A stretch of 29,271 bases of DNA. Origin: Tolypothrix carrinoi HA7290-LM1. Lineage in GTDB: Bacteria > Cyanobacteriota > Cyanobacteriia > Cyanobacteriales > Nostocaceae. The notes under the pieces are model-generated. The model was not told where the DNA came from. It saw nothing but the letters and a program-made list of their open reading frames with translations, and made no database searches. Positions 8,125 through 17,397 of this stretch are shown here, piece by piece; position 1 is the first letter of the stretch, and each line of letters starts with the position of its first letter. The stretch covers positions 1 through 29,271 of the forward strand of contig JAHHIK010000100.1 in assembly GCA_019358935.1 (NCBI GenBank). The letters are read 5' to 3'. The translations under genes were made by a program, and so were the position numbers.

Positions 8125-11100
8125 AACGCAGACTGCAACCCGGATATGAAAAGCTCACGCAAAGGAGCCACTGCGTTGCGGGGGTTCCCCCCGTTGTAGC
8201 AAGTGGCGTCCGCAGAGACGCAAAGGGATTTATTCCGCAACGGGATTATTTGCATTTCCTCGTTGGTGCTACAGTCGCCGTCGTCAGCACAATTTTACAT
8301 CCAACCGTCGCAACAGCACAAACCGAAACCCCCCCCTCTGCGTCCTCCGCACGTTCTGCGGTTCAAATCCTCTCCCCTACCCCTGACACCATAGCCGACG
8401 ATCCAGCAACTTCAGTAATTTTGCAATTTCCTGCTCTCACCCAGGTAGAACTACAAGTAAACGGACAACTCGTAGACAAATCCTTAATTGGACGCACAGA
8501 AACCGATTCTAAAACTAACTTAACAACGCAGATATGGTACGGTGTTTCTTTAAAAGAAGGCGAAAATACTATATCTGTACAAGTCGCCGGAAGCACACCA
8601 GTAATAACGCGGGTGGTAGTACGGGGAGCGCCGAAGCGGTTGACAGTGGAAACCGTGGAAGCCCGTATTCCGGCTGATGCACGTTCCATAGCGAAAGTCA
8701 AGGGGCAATTAGTTGATGAAAATGGCAATCGCTCTAACCGTGATGCTGTTATCACTTTGATACCTTCTGCTGGGGAGTTTATCGGCGCCGACTTGAAACC
8801 TGACCAACCCGGATTTCAGGTAGAGGCGAAAAAAGGAGAATTTACAGCTAATCTGCGTTCTGATTTGAAGGCGCAAACTGTGCGAATTCGAGCCACAGCG
8901 AATGATTTGGAAGCTTTTACCCAAGTGCAATTTGCAACGGCGTTGCGTCCCAGTCTTGTTAGTGGAGTGGTGGATGTGCGTTTAGGTGCAAGAGGTACAG
9001 ATTATTACGGTAAATTGCGTGATTTCCTTCCCCCGGACAACGATAAAAGAACGCAATTAGATTTTCACTCAGCCGTATTTGCTACTGGGGCAGTTGGCGA
9101 TTGGTTGTTTACAGGTGCGTACAATAGCGATCGCCCTTTGAACGAAGACTGCAATTGTGATAATCGTCTGTTTAGAACTTACCAGTTCAGCGAGCAAAAT
9201 TATCCAGTTTACGGTGATAGTTCTACAGTTGATGCGATCGCTCCTTCGATTGATAGCGTGTATCTGCGCTTCGAGCGCTCCACTGGCAAGGCTAGCCCCG
9301 ATTATGCCATGTGGGGTGACTACAACACCGAGGAGTTTGCACAGCGATCGCAGCAATTTACAGCGATTACTCGTCAACTCCACGGCTTTAAGGCAAACTA
9401 CAATTTAGGAAACCTGCAATTTACGGGTTTATACGGAAACAATTTAGAAGGTTTTCAACGAGATACTGTTGCTCCTGATGGTACAAGCGGCTATTATTTC
9501 CTTTCTCGTCGGATTCTCATCCCTGGTAGCGAAAATGTCTTTATCGAGTTAGAAGAACTGAATCGTCCCGGTACTGTACTTCAACGCAAACAACTGAACC
9601 GGGGACCAGATTATGAAATTGACTACGATCGCGGTACTTTATTATTCCGTCAACCTATCCTGCGGACTGATGTTGATGACCAAGGACAAGTCTTGGTAAG
9701 ACGGATTGTTGTCACTTACCAATACGACAGCAAAGACTCAAACAGCAATATTTATGCAGGTCGTCTGCAATATAATTTTTCTCGCACCCTCAATTCTGAA
9801 AGTTGGTTAGCAGCAACTTACTTACAAGAAAACCACGGATTGCGTGATTTTCAACTTTACGGTGCGGATGCGATGATTTCTTTGGGTTCTCAAGCTAAAT
9901 TCATCGCTGAATATGCTCATTCTCAAAATGAGTCAGATGTGATGGGAATGGTTAGCGGTGACGCTTACCGTTTAGAAGCTGAAGCAAACATTACTAACGC
10001 TTTGCAAGGTCGTGCTTATTATCGCTTTGCCGATGCTGGTTTTGCGAATAACGCTACCATCAGCTTTGTACCCGGTCAAACTCGCTATGGAGCGCAGTTA
10101 ACTGGTAAACTTACTTCCAGTACAAATTTACGGGTGCAATATGACCATGAAGACAACTTTGGAATTGCACCCCAACCGCTGAATACCTTTGAGGAATTGT
10201 TTACACCCCGTTCTCAAGCGATTCCTGGTAGTAAAGTTGATAATTCCCTCTCAACGATTTCTGCCGGAATTCAACAACGCTTGGGTAAAGCGACTTTAGG
10301 TGTAGATTGGATTCATCGGGATAGACAAGACCGGATTAGTGGAAGTGGATTGGATAGTAATTCTGACCAGTTGCGATCGCGTCTTTCATATCCTCTCGCA
10401 AAAAATCTCACCTTCCAGGCACAAAATGAACTTACTCTCAGTTCTGATACCGATAGCGTTTATCCAGATCGGACTATTTTAGGGATAAATTGGGCAGCAA
10501 TTCCCGGTATCAATGTCAGTCTAGCGCAACAGTTCTACACACGCGGTCAGTTTGATGGTAACTCGATTACCAGCTTGAGTATTAATGGCGAACATAAACT
10601 TGGTAGAGATACGACAATTATCGGTCGTTATTCAATTTTAGGTGGTGCGAATGAACTGACAACTCAAGGAGCGATCGGACTAAATAACCGCTGGACTGTT
10701 GCTTCTGGATTGCATCTAAATCTAGCTTACGAACATGTATTTGGCGGTTTCTTTGGACGAACTGCGGCAGGTTCGCAATTTGCTCAACCTTTCACCGCAG
10801 GTCAATCAGCTTCTTCGATTGGCTTTAACGGAGGTGATAGTTACAGCGTCGGTTTAGAATATACTGATAATCCGCAGTTTCAAGCAAGCGCTCGTTACGA
10901 ACATCGTACATCCTCAAGTGGTTCCAATACCGTAATTTCCGCAGGTGCGGCGGGTAAAATTTCCCCCGCTCTCACAGCTTTGCTGCGCTATCAACAAGCA
11001 AATTCTTCTAATCAAAAACTGACAGGATTGGGAGATACAGTCAATCTGCGGATGGGTTTAGCTTACCGCGACCCGAACAACGATAAATTTAACGCCTTAT

Positions 11101-11711
11101 TGCGTTATGAATATCGCGAAAATCCGGCGGTAATTCCTGACACCATCCTTTTGGGTAGTGGTACGGGTTCGCAAGACCATACCTTTGCTATGGAAGGTAT
11201 CTACGCACCGAATTGGCAATGGGAATTTTATGGTAAGTATGCTTTGCGTAACAGTACTTCTTATTTAGCTAACGATTTGGTAGGAACTAGCACAGTAAAT
11301 CTAGCACAGTTACGGGCTACCTATCGCTTAGGATACAGCATGGATTTGGTGGGTGAAGCTCGCTGGATAGGTCAATCTAGCTACACAGAGACAGGTTTTC
11401 TTTTAGAAACAGGTTACTATCTCACACCTAACTTGCGACTTTCTGCGGGATACGTTTTTGGTAATATCGATGACCGAGATTTTTCCGGGACGCGATCTGC
11501 TGGGGGACCTTATTTAGGTTTAACGCTGAAACTGAACGAATTATTTGACGGGTTTGGATTGCAAAAAGTGGTGCCACCTCAGCAACAGGAGTCAGTGGTG
11601 AAACAACTGCGTAATTCAAAGTTAAAGAATAAAACAGAGAATTACTCCCTTCCCGCTCAAAGAATACCTAATTTAACGAACCGCCAAGGCGCCAAGGACA
11701 CAAAGGAATAG
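8121..11711 (+). CDS. Large predicted outer-membrane beta-barrel protein with N-terminal Ig-like domains
   Basis: Signal region ending TVATA; invasin-like IPADARSIAKVKGQLVDENG; YPVYGDSS; several hundred residues of alternating amphipathic strands with aromatic girdle residues (e.g. GYYLTPNLRLSAGY, GPYLGLTLK). Confidence 0.8.
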   Translation: MKRRLQPGYEKLTQRSHCVAGVPPVVASGVRRDAKGFIPQRDYLHFLVGATVAVVSTILHPTVATAQTETPPSASSARSAVQILSPTPDTIADDPATSVILQFPALTQVELQVNGQLVDKSLIGRTETDSKTNLTTQIWYGVSLKEGENTISVQVAGSTPVITRVVVRGAPKRLTVETVEARIPADARSIAKVKGQLVDENGNRSNRDAVITLIPSAGEFIGADLKPDQPGFQVEAKKGEFTANLRSDLKAQTVRIRATANDLEAFTQVQFATALRPSLVSGVVDVRLGARGTDYYGKLRDFLPPDNDKRTQLDFHSAVFATGAVGDWLFTGAYNSDRPLNEDCNCDNRLFRTYQFSEQNYPVYGDSSTVDAIAPSIDSVYLRFERSTGKASPDYAMWGDYNTEEFAQRSQQFTAITRQLHGFKANYNLGNLQFTGLYGNNLEGFQRDTVAPDGTSGYYFLSRRILIPGSENVFIELEELNRPGTVLQRKQLNRGPDYEIDYDRGTLLFRQPILRTDVDDQGQVLVRRIVVTYQYDSKDSNSNIYAGRLQYNFSRTLNSESWLAATYLQENHGLRDFQLYGADAMISLGSQAKFIAEYAHSQNESDVMGMVSGDAYRLEAEANITNALQGRAYYRFADAGFANNATISFVPGQTRYGAQLTGKLTSSTNLRVQYDHEDNFGIAPQPLNTFEELFTPRSQAIPGSKVDNSLSTISAGIQQRLGKATLGVDWIHRDRQDRISGSGLDSNSDQLRSRLSYPLAKNLTFQAQNELTLSSDTDSVYPDRTILGINWAAIPGINVSLAQQFYTRGQFDGNSITSLSINGEHKLGRDTTIIGRYSILGGANELTTQGAIGLNNRWTVASGLHLNLAYEHVFGGFFGRTAAGSQFAQPFTAGQSASSIGFNGGDSYSVGLEYTDNPQFQASARYEHRTSSSGSNTVISAGAAGKISPALTALLRYQQANSSNQKLTGLGDTVNLRMGLAYRDPNNDKFNALLRYEYRENPAVIPDTILLGSGTGSQDHTFAMEGIYAPNWQWEFYGKYALRNSTSYLANDLVGTSTVNLAQLRATYRLGYSMDLVGEARWIGQSSYTETGFLLETGYYLTPNLRLSAGYVFGNIDDRDFSGTRSAGGPYLGLTLKLNELFDGFGLQKVVPPQQQESVVKQLRNSKLKNKTENYSLPAQRIPNLTNRQGAKDTKE
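8164..8211. repeat. 48-nt in-frame palindromic small dispersed repeat in the barrel gene's leader
   Basis: GGAGCCACTGCGTTGCGGGGGTTCCCCCCGTTGTAGCAAGTGGCGTCC, nested among ACGCAAAG/CGCAGAG units; translated as part of RSHCVAGVPPVVASGVR. Confidence 0.75.
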
Positions 11712-11800
11712 GACTTACGCACACTCTACAAACTCTTGGCGCACTTGGCGTCTTGGCGGTTCGATAAATCAAGGTTTATGACAATTTTTGCGTAAGTCCT
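11710..11800. mobile_element. MITE with AGGACTTACGCA terminal inverted repeats
   Basis: AGGACTTACGCA (11710-11721) and TGCGTAAGTCCT (11789-11800). The same terminus starts the IS701-like element at 28969. Confidence 0.75.
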
Positions 11801-11920
11801 GAGGAAGAAAAAAGAGGATAGGTAATCTTGAACCGGCAAGGAATTAATCGCTTTAAAAAGGTAGATTTTATGAGATTTCGGGAAACCTAAACAAGGTATG
11901 GGGAAGTTAAGAGCGATCGC

Positions 11921-14900
11921 ATGAGTGATTATGTTGTAACTAATAAAACAAAGATGAATAAACTTGCTAAATTAAATAACCGTAAAAGTATACCCTGGCA
12001 ACTGATAGCAACATCCGCGATCGCGATGTCTCTATTGCAAGCATTACTGACAACTCCCGCAAAAGCGCAAACTGTTTCTATTAGTAAAAATGCTAACGTC
12101 AACACTGTACCGTCTGGGCAAACTTTCGATTACTCACTCAAATACAGTTGTATCAGCGCTGGTCCTAGTTGCCAAAACGCTGTAATTACCGACGTGCTGC
12201 CATCAGAAGTGCAGTATGTCAGTACTATATTGGGTATAAACCCAGCAGACATTAAACACGATTCAAAGACTCGTAAACTTACAATCACTTTCACACAGCC
12301 AATTGCAGCAGGTGATACGAGTGAAATCACTGTGAAAGTAAAATTCCCCGCTGGTACTACTCCTAACAATACCATTGCTCAAAATAAAGCCAACATCAAT
12401 ATTAGTAATGGCTCATCAGCAACAAGTAGCACCGTATCTGTGATTGCAACCGCAGAAAACAAGTTTACCGTAGAAAAACCCCCACTCAGTACCACACCAA
12501 CGCTGGATCAAAATGTAACTTACACGGTAAGATTTAAAAATCCTACTGGCAGTGACATTGGCGGACTTAACCTCAACAATGCCCAATTGGTGGATAAGTT
12601 ACCCCCAGGAGCGGTATTCGTTTCTGCTAGCGATAATGGTGTGTACAATTCTGCTAACAACACTGTTACTTGGGCAATGGGCGACTTGAAAGTAGACAAT
12701 AACAACAAGGAGTATAATCGCACTGTAACCGTTAAATATCCCTCCTCTAGCTTTACCACTGCTAGCACTATAAAGAACATTGTTGAAGGTTACGGTCAGT
12801 CGGTGGGGGAAAACTCATCTAAGTTTATAGACACGGATAATATTAGTCATGGCTTTGCAAATCCCACACCCAACAGCGATATAGATAAGGGTAAGAGTGG
12901 TAGTGGTAATAATTATGCGATCGGACAAACTGTAAATTATACTTTGTCGGCGAAAAACACAGGCAACGTTCCCTTAGATAGCTTCGTTATTACAGATAAC
13001 ATTCCATCACAAGTCACAGTATCAAGTATCACTACAGGAATTTATAACAATCCGCCTTCTAATCTAATTATTCGTTATAAAACTAATCTCAAGAGTAATT
13101 TTACTAATTGGTCTGGAAGTCCCTTTAATCCTGCTATCAACCAAACCTTAAATGTCAGTGATTTGGGGCTGGCAACAAATGAATATATTACGGCAATTCA
13201 GTATGATTACGGTAGCGTTACCGTCGGTTTTAGCCCTTCAACCACGCCCAGAATTAACGCAACCATTAATAGTAACCTAACTGACGGTCAAAGCTTCCAA
13301 AACTGTGCAGACCTCAGCCGAACTTATGCTGGTACAACACCCACACCAAAATCTTCTTGTACAAAAGTAACAATTATTGACCCGCGCTCCATCATTGACC
13401 CAGGAAAAAGGATTGATACCAATTCTACAACAGGCACACCTGCACCTTATCTACCTAATGGCAATGTTCGCTTTCGCCTAGAAGTACGCAATACTTCTAG
13501 CAGCGGTGGTGCATTAACTGACCCAATTATTGCTGATTTGCTACCACCTGAGTTTGATTATGTTCCTGGAAGTTGGTCATTTGATAAGAAGGAAAATGCT
13601 AACGCTCCGACACCAGAATTTGAAGAAATCCCCAACTACAAAAATACTGGTCGTACCCTGTTGCGTTGGAAATTTACTGGAGCTTCTTCTTTCAGCTTTC
13701 CTGGCGATGGTAATAAATTATCATCATACATCTACTTCAAAGCGAAAGTCAAACCAGGGACACCGCCTACGAATTATACCAACACGGTAGCGATAACATC
13801 CAACAGTTCACCGTTTGTGTGTTCTGATAACAAAAGTCCTGGTACAAGCTTAGATACACTGGATTTAGATAATGATGGTAGCAGCAACGATACTTTATGT
13901 ACAGCTAATACTTCGGTAACTGTCAGTTCCCAAGCGGCTTTGACTTCACAAAAATTAGTTAGGGGTGAGTTAGATAATGATTATGTGGGGTATCCAACTA
14001 GAGGAAACTCTGTAGTAGGGGGACGAACTGATTACAAACTGACCATTACCAATCCTGGAAACGTGCCAATCAAAAATATCACCGTTGTGGATATTTTACC
14101 CTTCATCGGTGATACTCAAGTCGCTAATCCCTCAATTTCTCGTAATTCCGAGTGGCGTCCGAATCTCGTCAATGCAGTTACAGTCAGCGATTCTCGCATT
14201 AAAGTATATTATAGTACTGCAACTAATCCCTGCCGTCCGGAGGTGGTGTCTTCGGGTCCTGCGGGTTGTGTTAATGACTGGTCACTGACTCCCCCCGGTG
14301 ACATCACAAAAGTGCAAGCGCTAAAGTTTGATTTGGGTACCATCATCCTCAAACCACAGGAAAGTTTATCCCTCACCTGGCTGATGCAAGTTCCAACCGA
14401 TGCCAAAATAAATACGGACGCTTGGAACTCTTTCGCTTATGTGGGAACCCGTACCGATAACGATCAACCCCTCGTACCTGCGGAACCGGGTGCAGTGGGT
14501 GTTGACATAAAACCAGCAAAAGCAAAGTTATTATTGGTGAAACGCATTACCCGCATCAACAACCAAGACGTAACTGATATTGTGGATGGTCGCAGCGACG
14601 TTTCTATTAACGATCCGAATTATGTACCAGAACCCTATGCAACTGATGATAACGATCCAAAATGGACTGCTGGCTACTTGCGCGGATTGATTAATGCCAG
14701 CACTGTCAAACCAGGAGATGAGTTAGAATACACGATCTATTTTCTTTCTAGTGGCAATGTTCCCATCAAGAATGTTAGTATTTGTGACTTGATACCAGCT
14801 AATAGCAGCTTTGTTGAGAATGCCTTCGCAGCAGGTTCTGGTATTGCTTTGGAGATTAACTCCACATCAACTAATTTAACAAATATCAACGATAGCGATC

Positions 14901-15109
14901 GCGCTGAATACATCCCACCTAATACAATCGCTCCAGGTGCTTGTAACAAAGCTGACATCGCTAACAAGGTTACTCCGCCAACACAACTTCAAGCCGCTGA
15001 TAATAAAACAGGAGTAGTACTAGTTAATGTTGTAACTGGTTCAACAACTTTGCCTGAACCGAATAAACCTGCATACGGTTTCATTCGCTTCCGCGTCAAG
15101 GTAAAGTAA
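11921..15109 (+). CDS. Secreted tandem DUF11/isopeptide-domain protein (about six Ig domains); candidate tip/minor subunit
   Basis: Signal peptide ending PAKA; repeated K...Y.l...N...(I/V)xDx(L/I)P...N pattern (ITDVLP, LVDKLP, ITDNIP, IADLLP, VVDILP, ICDLIP); ends YGFIRFRVKVK. The start could be 11954. Confidence 0.85.
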   Translation: MSDYVVTNKTKMNKLAKLNNRKSIPWQLIATSAIAMSLLQALLTTPAKAQTVSISKNANVNTVPSGQTFDYSLKYSCISAGPSCQNAVITDVLPSEVQYVSTILGINPADIKHDSKTRKLTITFTQPIAAGDTSEITVKVKFPAGTTPNNTIAQNKANINISNGSSATSSTVSVIATAENKFTVEKPPLSTTPTLDQNVTYTVRFKNPTGSDIGGLNLNNAQLVDKLPPGAVFVSASDNGVYNSANNTVTWAMGDLKVDNNNKEYNRTVTVKYPSSSFTTASTIKNIVEGYGQSVGENSSKFIDTDNISHGFANPTPNSDIDKGKSGSGNNYAIGQTVNYTLSAKNTGNVPLDSFVITDNIPSQVTVSSITTGIYNNPPSNLIIRYKTNLKSNFTNWSGSPFNPAINQTLNVSDLGLATNEYITAIQYDYGSVTVGFSPSTTPRINATINSNLTDGQSFQNCADLSRTYAGTTPTPKSSCTKVTIIDPRSIIDPGKRIDTNSTTGTPAPYLPNGNVRFRLEVRNTSSSGGALTDPIIADLLPPEFDYVPGSWSFDKKENANAPTPEFEEIPNYKNTGRTLLRWKFTGASSFSFPGDGNKLSSYIYFKAKVKPGTPPTNYTNTVAITSNSSPFVCSDNKSPGTSLDTLDLDNDGSSNDTLCTANTSVTVSSQAALTSQKLVRGELDNDYVGYPTRGNSVVGGRTDYKLTITNPGNVPIKNITVVDILPFIGDTQVANPSISRNSEWRPNLVNAVTVSDSRIKVYYSTATNPCRPEVVSSGPAGCVNDWSLTPPGDITKVQALKFDLGTIILKPQESLSLTWLMQVPTDAKINTDAWNSFAYVGTRTDNDQPLVPAEPGAVGVDIKPAKAKLLLVKRITRINNQDVTDIVDGRSDVSINDPNYVPEPYATDDNDPKWTAGYLRGLINASTVKPGDELEYTIYFLSSGNVPIKNVSICDLIPANSSFVENAFAAGSGIALEINSTSTNLTNINDSDRAEYIPPNTIAPGACNKADIANKVTPPTQLQAADNKTGVVLVNVVTGSTTLPEPNKPAYGFIRFRVKVK

Positions 15110-15115
15110 TAAACA

Positions 15116-15314
15116 GTTAGGAGTGAGGAGTTAGGAGTGAGGAGTTAAACAGAGAGTGAGGAGTTAGGAGTGAAGAGTTAACAGTTAAAAATTCAAAACT
15201 CCAACTCCTAACTCCCAACTCCTAACTCCCAACTCCTAACTCCTACTCCAAACTCCTAACTCCTACTCCAAACTCCTAACTCCAAACTCCTAACTCCAAA
15301 CTCCTAACTCCTAA
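15116..15314. repeat. STRR-like heptamer arrays (TTAGGAG/TGAGGAG then AACTCCT/AACTCCC) between convergent genes; possible bidirectional terminator
   Basis: Two mutually complementary tandem arrays between the stop at 15109 (+) and the stop at 15322 (-). Confidence 0.85.
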
Positions 15315-15321
15315 CTTTTTG

Positions 15322-15579
15322 CTATCCTCCGCTAACTGGGGGAATTAAGACGACTTCATCACCATCTTGGAGAATGGTATCTGCTTCGACGAATTGCAGA
15401 TTCACGCCAAAGCGGGTGATTTCTCGCCATTGAGCAAGTTCTGGGTGTTCGGCAATTAGGCGATCGCATACCCCAGCTACTGTTGTACCATCAGGTAATT
15501 CCAGCATCAGTTCTGGAACTTTATAAGCTTCTTGATAAACAGCGAATAACTTGACGGTGACGGTGTTTGCATTGGACAT
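15322..15579 (-). CDS. moaD: Molybdopterin synthase sulfur carrier subunit
   Basis: VTVKLFA..E, VNLQFV...LQDGDEVVLIPPVSGG, the canonical MoaD signature. Confidence 0.9.
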   Translation of the reverse strand: MSNANTVTVKLFAVYQEAYKVPELMLELPDGTTVAGVCDRLIAEHPELAQWREITRFGVNLQFVEADTILQDGDEVVLIPPVSGG

Positions 15580-15741
15580 AGAATAATAGGAAAAAAATTA
15601 ACGCTGCTGTTGTGACTTGCAGCACTGATAGCCCATTTTAATTTTAATACTAATCGAGTAATAGGGATTGCTTAAAGGGGGCGATCGCGTTACTCCCAAT
15701 TCTCTGTATCGATTTTTGCAACAAATCTATTTACTACCAAA

Positions 15742-16185
15742 TTACGGCACAACCGTAAATTTCACAGTATAGCTATAATTACCGGCTCGCAGAGAACGAC
15801 CTCTATCTATAGCAAAATCAATCGTTAAAGGAGTAGTTCCCGCAGGTAAAGCTAAGGGAGCATCACCATTTTTAGTAGAGCTACCAGAGGGAATTGTGAC
15901 AGTTGCAACAGCAGATACCGGGGTGAATTCGGGTCCTGCAACTTGAATTGGTGCAGATACACTTATATTTGCCGATTGGCTACAAGTCGCATCAATTTTA
16001 GTTGGAGAACCACCAGCAGAAGCCAAGGTGGTTAATTTCTTTGGTAGAGTACCACCATTCGTGACTAACTGACCGGGAGTAGCTTGAGAAAAAGTGCATA
16101 AAGGTTCGGAAGCGATCGCACTTTTGAATAGAGTTAAATTAGCAGTGATAATTATAAGCGAGATAAATAGCGATCGGCGAATCAT
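15742..16185 (-). CDS. Chaperone-usher pilin-like subunit lacking an N-terminal extension
   Basis: Signal MIRRSLF..SAIA; CTF..PGQL; second Cys in IDATC; C-terminal AGNYSYTVKFT strand; GAGGA RBS. Confidence 0.75.
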   Translation of the reverse strand: MIRRSLFISLIIITANLTLFKSAIASEPLCTFSQATPGQLVTNGGTLPKKLTTLASAGGSPTKIDATCSQSANISVSAPIQVAGPEFTPVSAVATVTIPSGSSTKNGDAPLALPAGTTPLTIDFAIDRGRSLRAGNYSYTVKFTVVP

Positions 16186-16244
16186 TTTGCTTTTACTTTC
16201 CTCTGGAAATATCTATTTATCAAAATTTGTTTAATCTTTGACTA

Positions 16245-16724
16245 CTAAGGAGATGCGGTAAGAGTTACTGTAAAGCTATATTTTCCAGCGGAAATTTTAT
16301 TACTTCCGTTATCTGCTTTCATATTGACTATAATTTTCCCCTCCTGAGTATCTGCTGGTATAGTACCGGTAGAACCGTCAGAACTAACGTTTATATTATT
16401 AGGCAGGTTGGTACTAGTTGCTGTTGCGGTTAGCTGTTGTGGATCTAAAAACTTTGTTGTACCATCTGTTTGTTCAGGCTTAGAAATAGTGAGAGTAGCA
16501 GCATTATTGCAATCTATTAACACACTTGCAGGTGTTCCACCATTTTCGCTCTGGAGAATAGTACCACCAGAATTAAGAATCAACTCTCCTGGCACAGCGT
16601 TATAAAAAGTACAGTTACCTGTAACTGTACCACTAGCACCAGCATCTTCAGCATAAGCTTTGGTGGCGAAGGTAACAGTACTTGCAAGTATCAAAGCTGA
16701 ACTCATTAGCAAGTGACGAATCAT
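16245..16724 (-). CDS. Chaperone-usher pilin-like subunit (Csu/SCPU-like)
   Basis: Likely start MIRHLL at 16724; signal ending AYA; SGTVTGNCTF..PGEL, VLIDC, AGKYSFTVTLT. Confidence 0.8.
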   Translation of the reverse strand: MIRHLLMSSALILASTVTFATKAYAEDAGASGTVTGNCTFYNAVPGELILNSGGTILQSENGGTPASVLIDCNNAATLTISKPEQTDGTTKFLDPQQLTATATSTNLPNNINVSSDGSTGTIPADTQEGKIIVNMKADNGSNKISAGKYSFTVTLTASP

Positions 16725-16859
16725 GCTTGAATATCCATGTATATTCGGACAAGATATCAACCGTTATAGGTTAACTTCAATCCACAAGCTTTGTGTTGAG
16801 TGAAATAACGGATTTTTATTCACAGGCTATCTACGTGAATCATCTATAATACGATGCCC

Positions 16860-16892
16860 AGAAACGCGACTTCTTAAAGAAGTCGGGTTTCT
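16860..16892. repeat. Palindromic dispersed repeat
   Basis: AGAAACGCGACTTCTTAAAGAAGTCGGGTTTCT hairpin. Confidence 0.65.
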
Positions 16893-16944
16893 AAATTTCA
16901 CGCTCTTGTTTATAACTTACGCAATTGATACATCCTAAACTTTC

Positions 16945-16990
16945 GTAGTAAGCGTTTCAACGCTTTTTCGGGCATTAAAGTGCCCACTAC
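16945..16990. repeat. GTAG-type REP doublet
   Basis: GTAGTAAGCGTTTCAACGCT...GGGCATTAAAGTGCCCACTAC. A related half lies at 21423-21443 (GAGCGCTGAAGCGCTCACTAC). Confidence 0.6.
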
Positions 16991-17397
16991 AAGCCTCAAA
17001 TTTTTATTTGAATATCGACAAGTTAAGTACAAATACGTAAAAACATATAATTTATAATTTTGCAATTCACAATACAGGTTAGATTATTTTGAAGTTATTA
17101 AATAAAAAGCTACTTAAATTCATCAACTAATTCAAAATCGCTCCACAAACTCTTCAGAACAAACATAGTGTAACTACTGAGGCACTGATTTATCTCTCAA
17201 GTTGATAATTATTAGCTAATGGCTATTAGTTGTATTTTACGTAGCTTTGAAATAATTCAATATTTGTTTGGCAAATGGAGTTCATATAGATTTTATTTTA
17301 AAAAATAAAAAATTGATAATAAAAACTTTGATTTCTTGTCGAGAAATGTACGTTGAGTTTGCATACATAGTATCAATAACAAGTAGAGGTGTTTCAT

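Noticed and set aside
8121..11711. TonB-dependent receptor
   Set aside because: No recognisable plug or TonB-box motifs and no C-terminal Phe; Ig domains and operon context point elsewhere.
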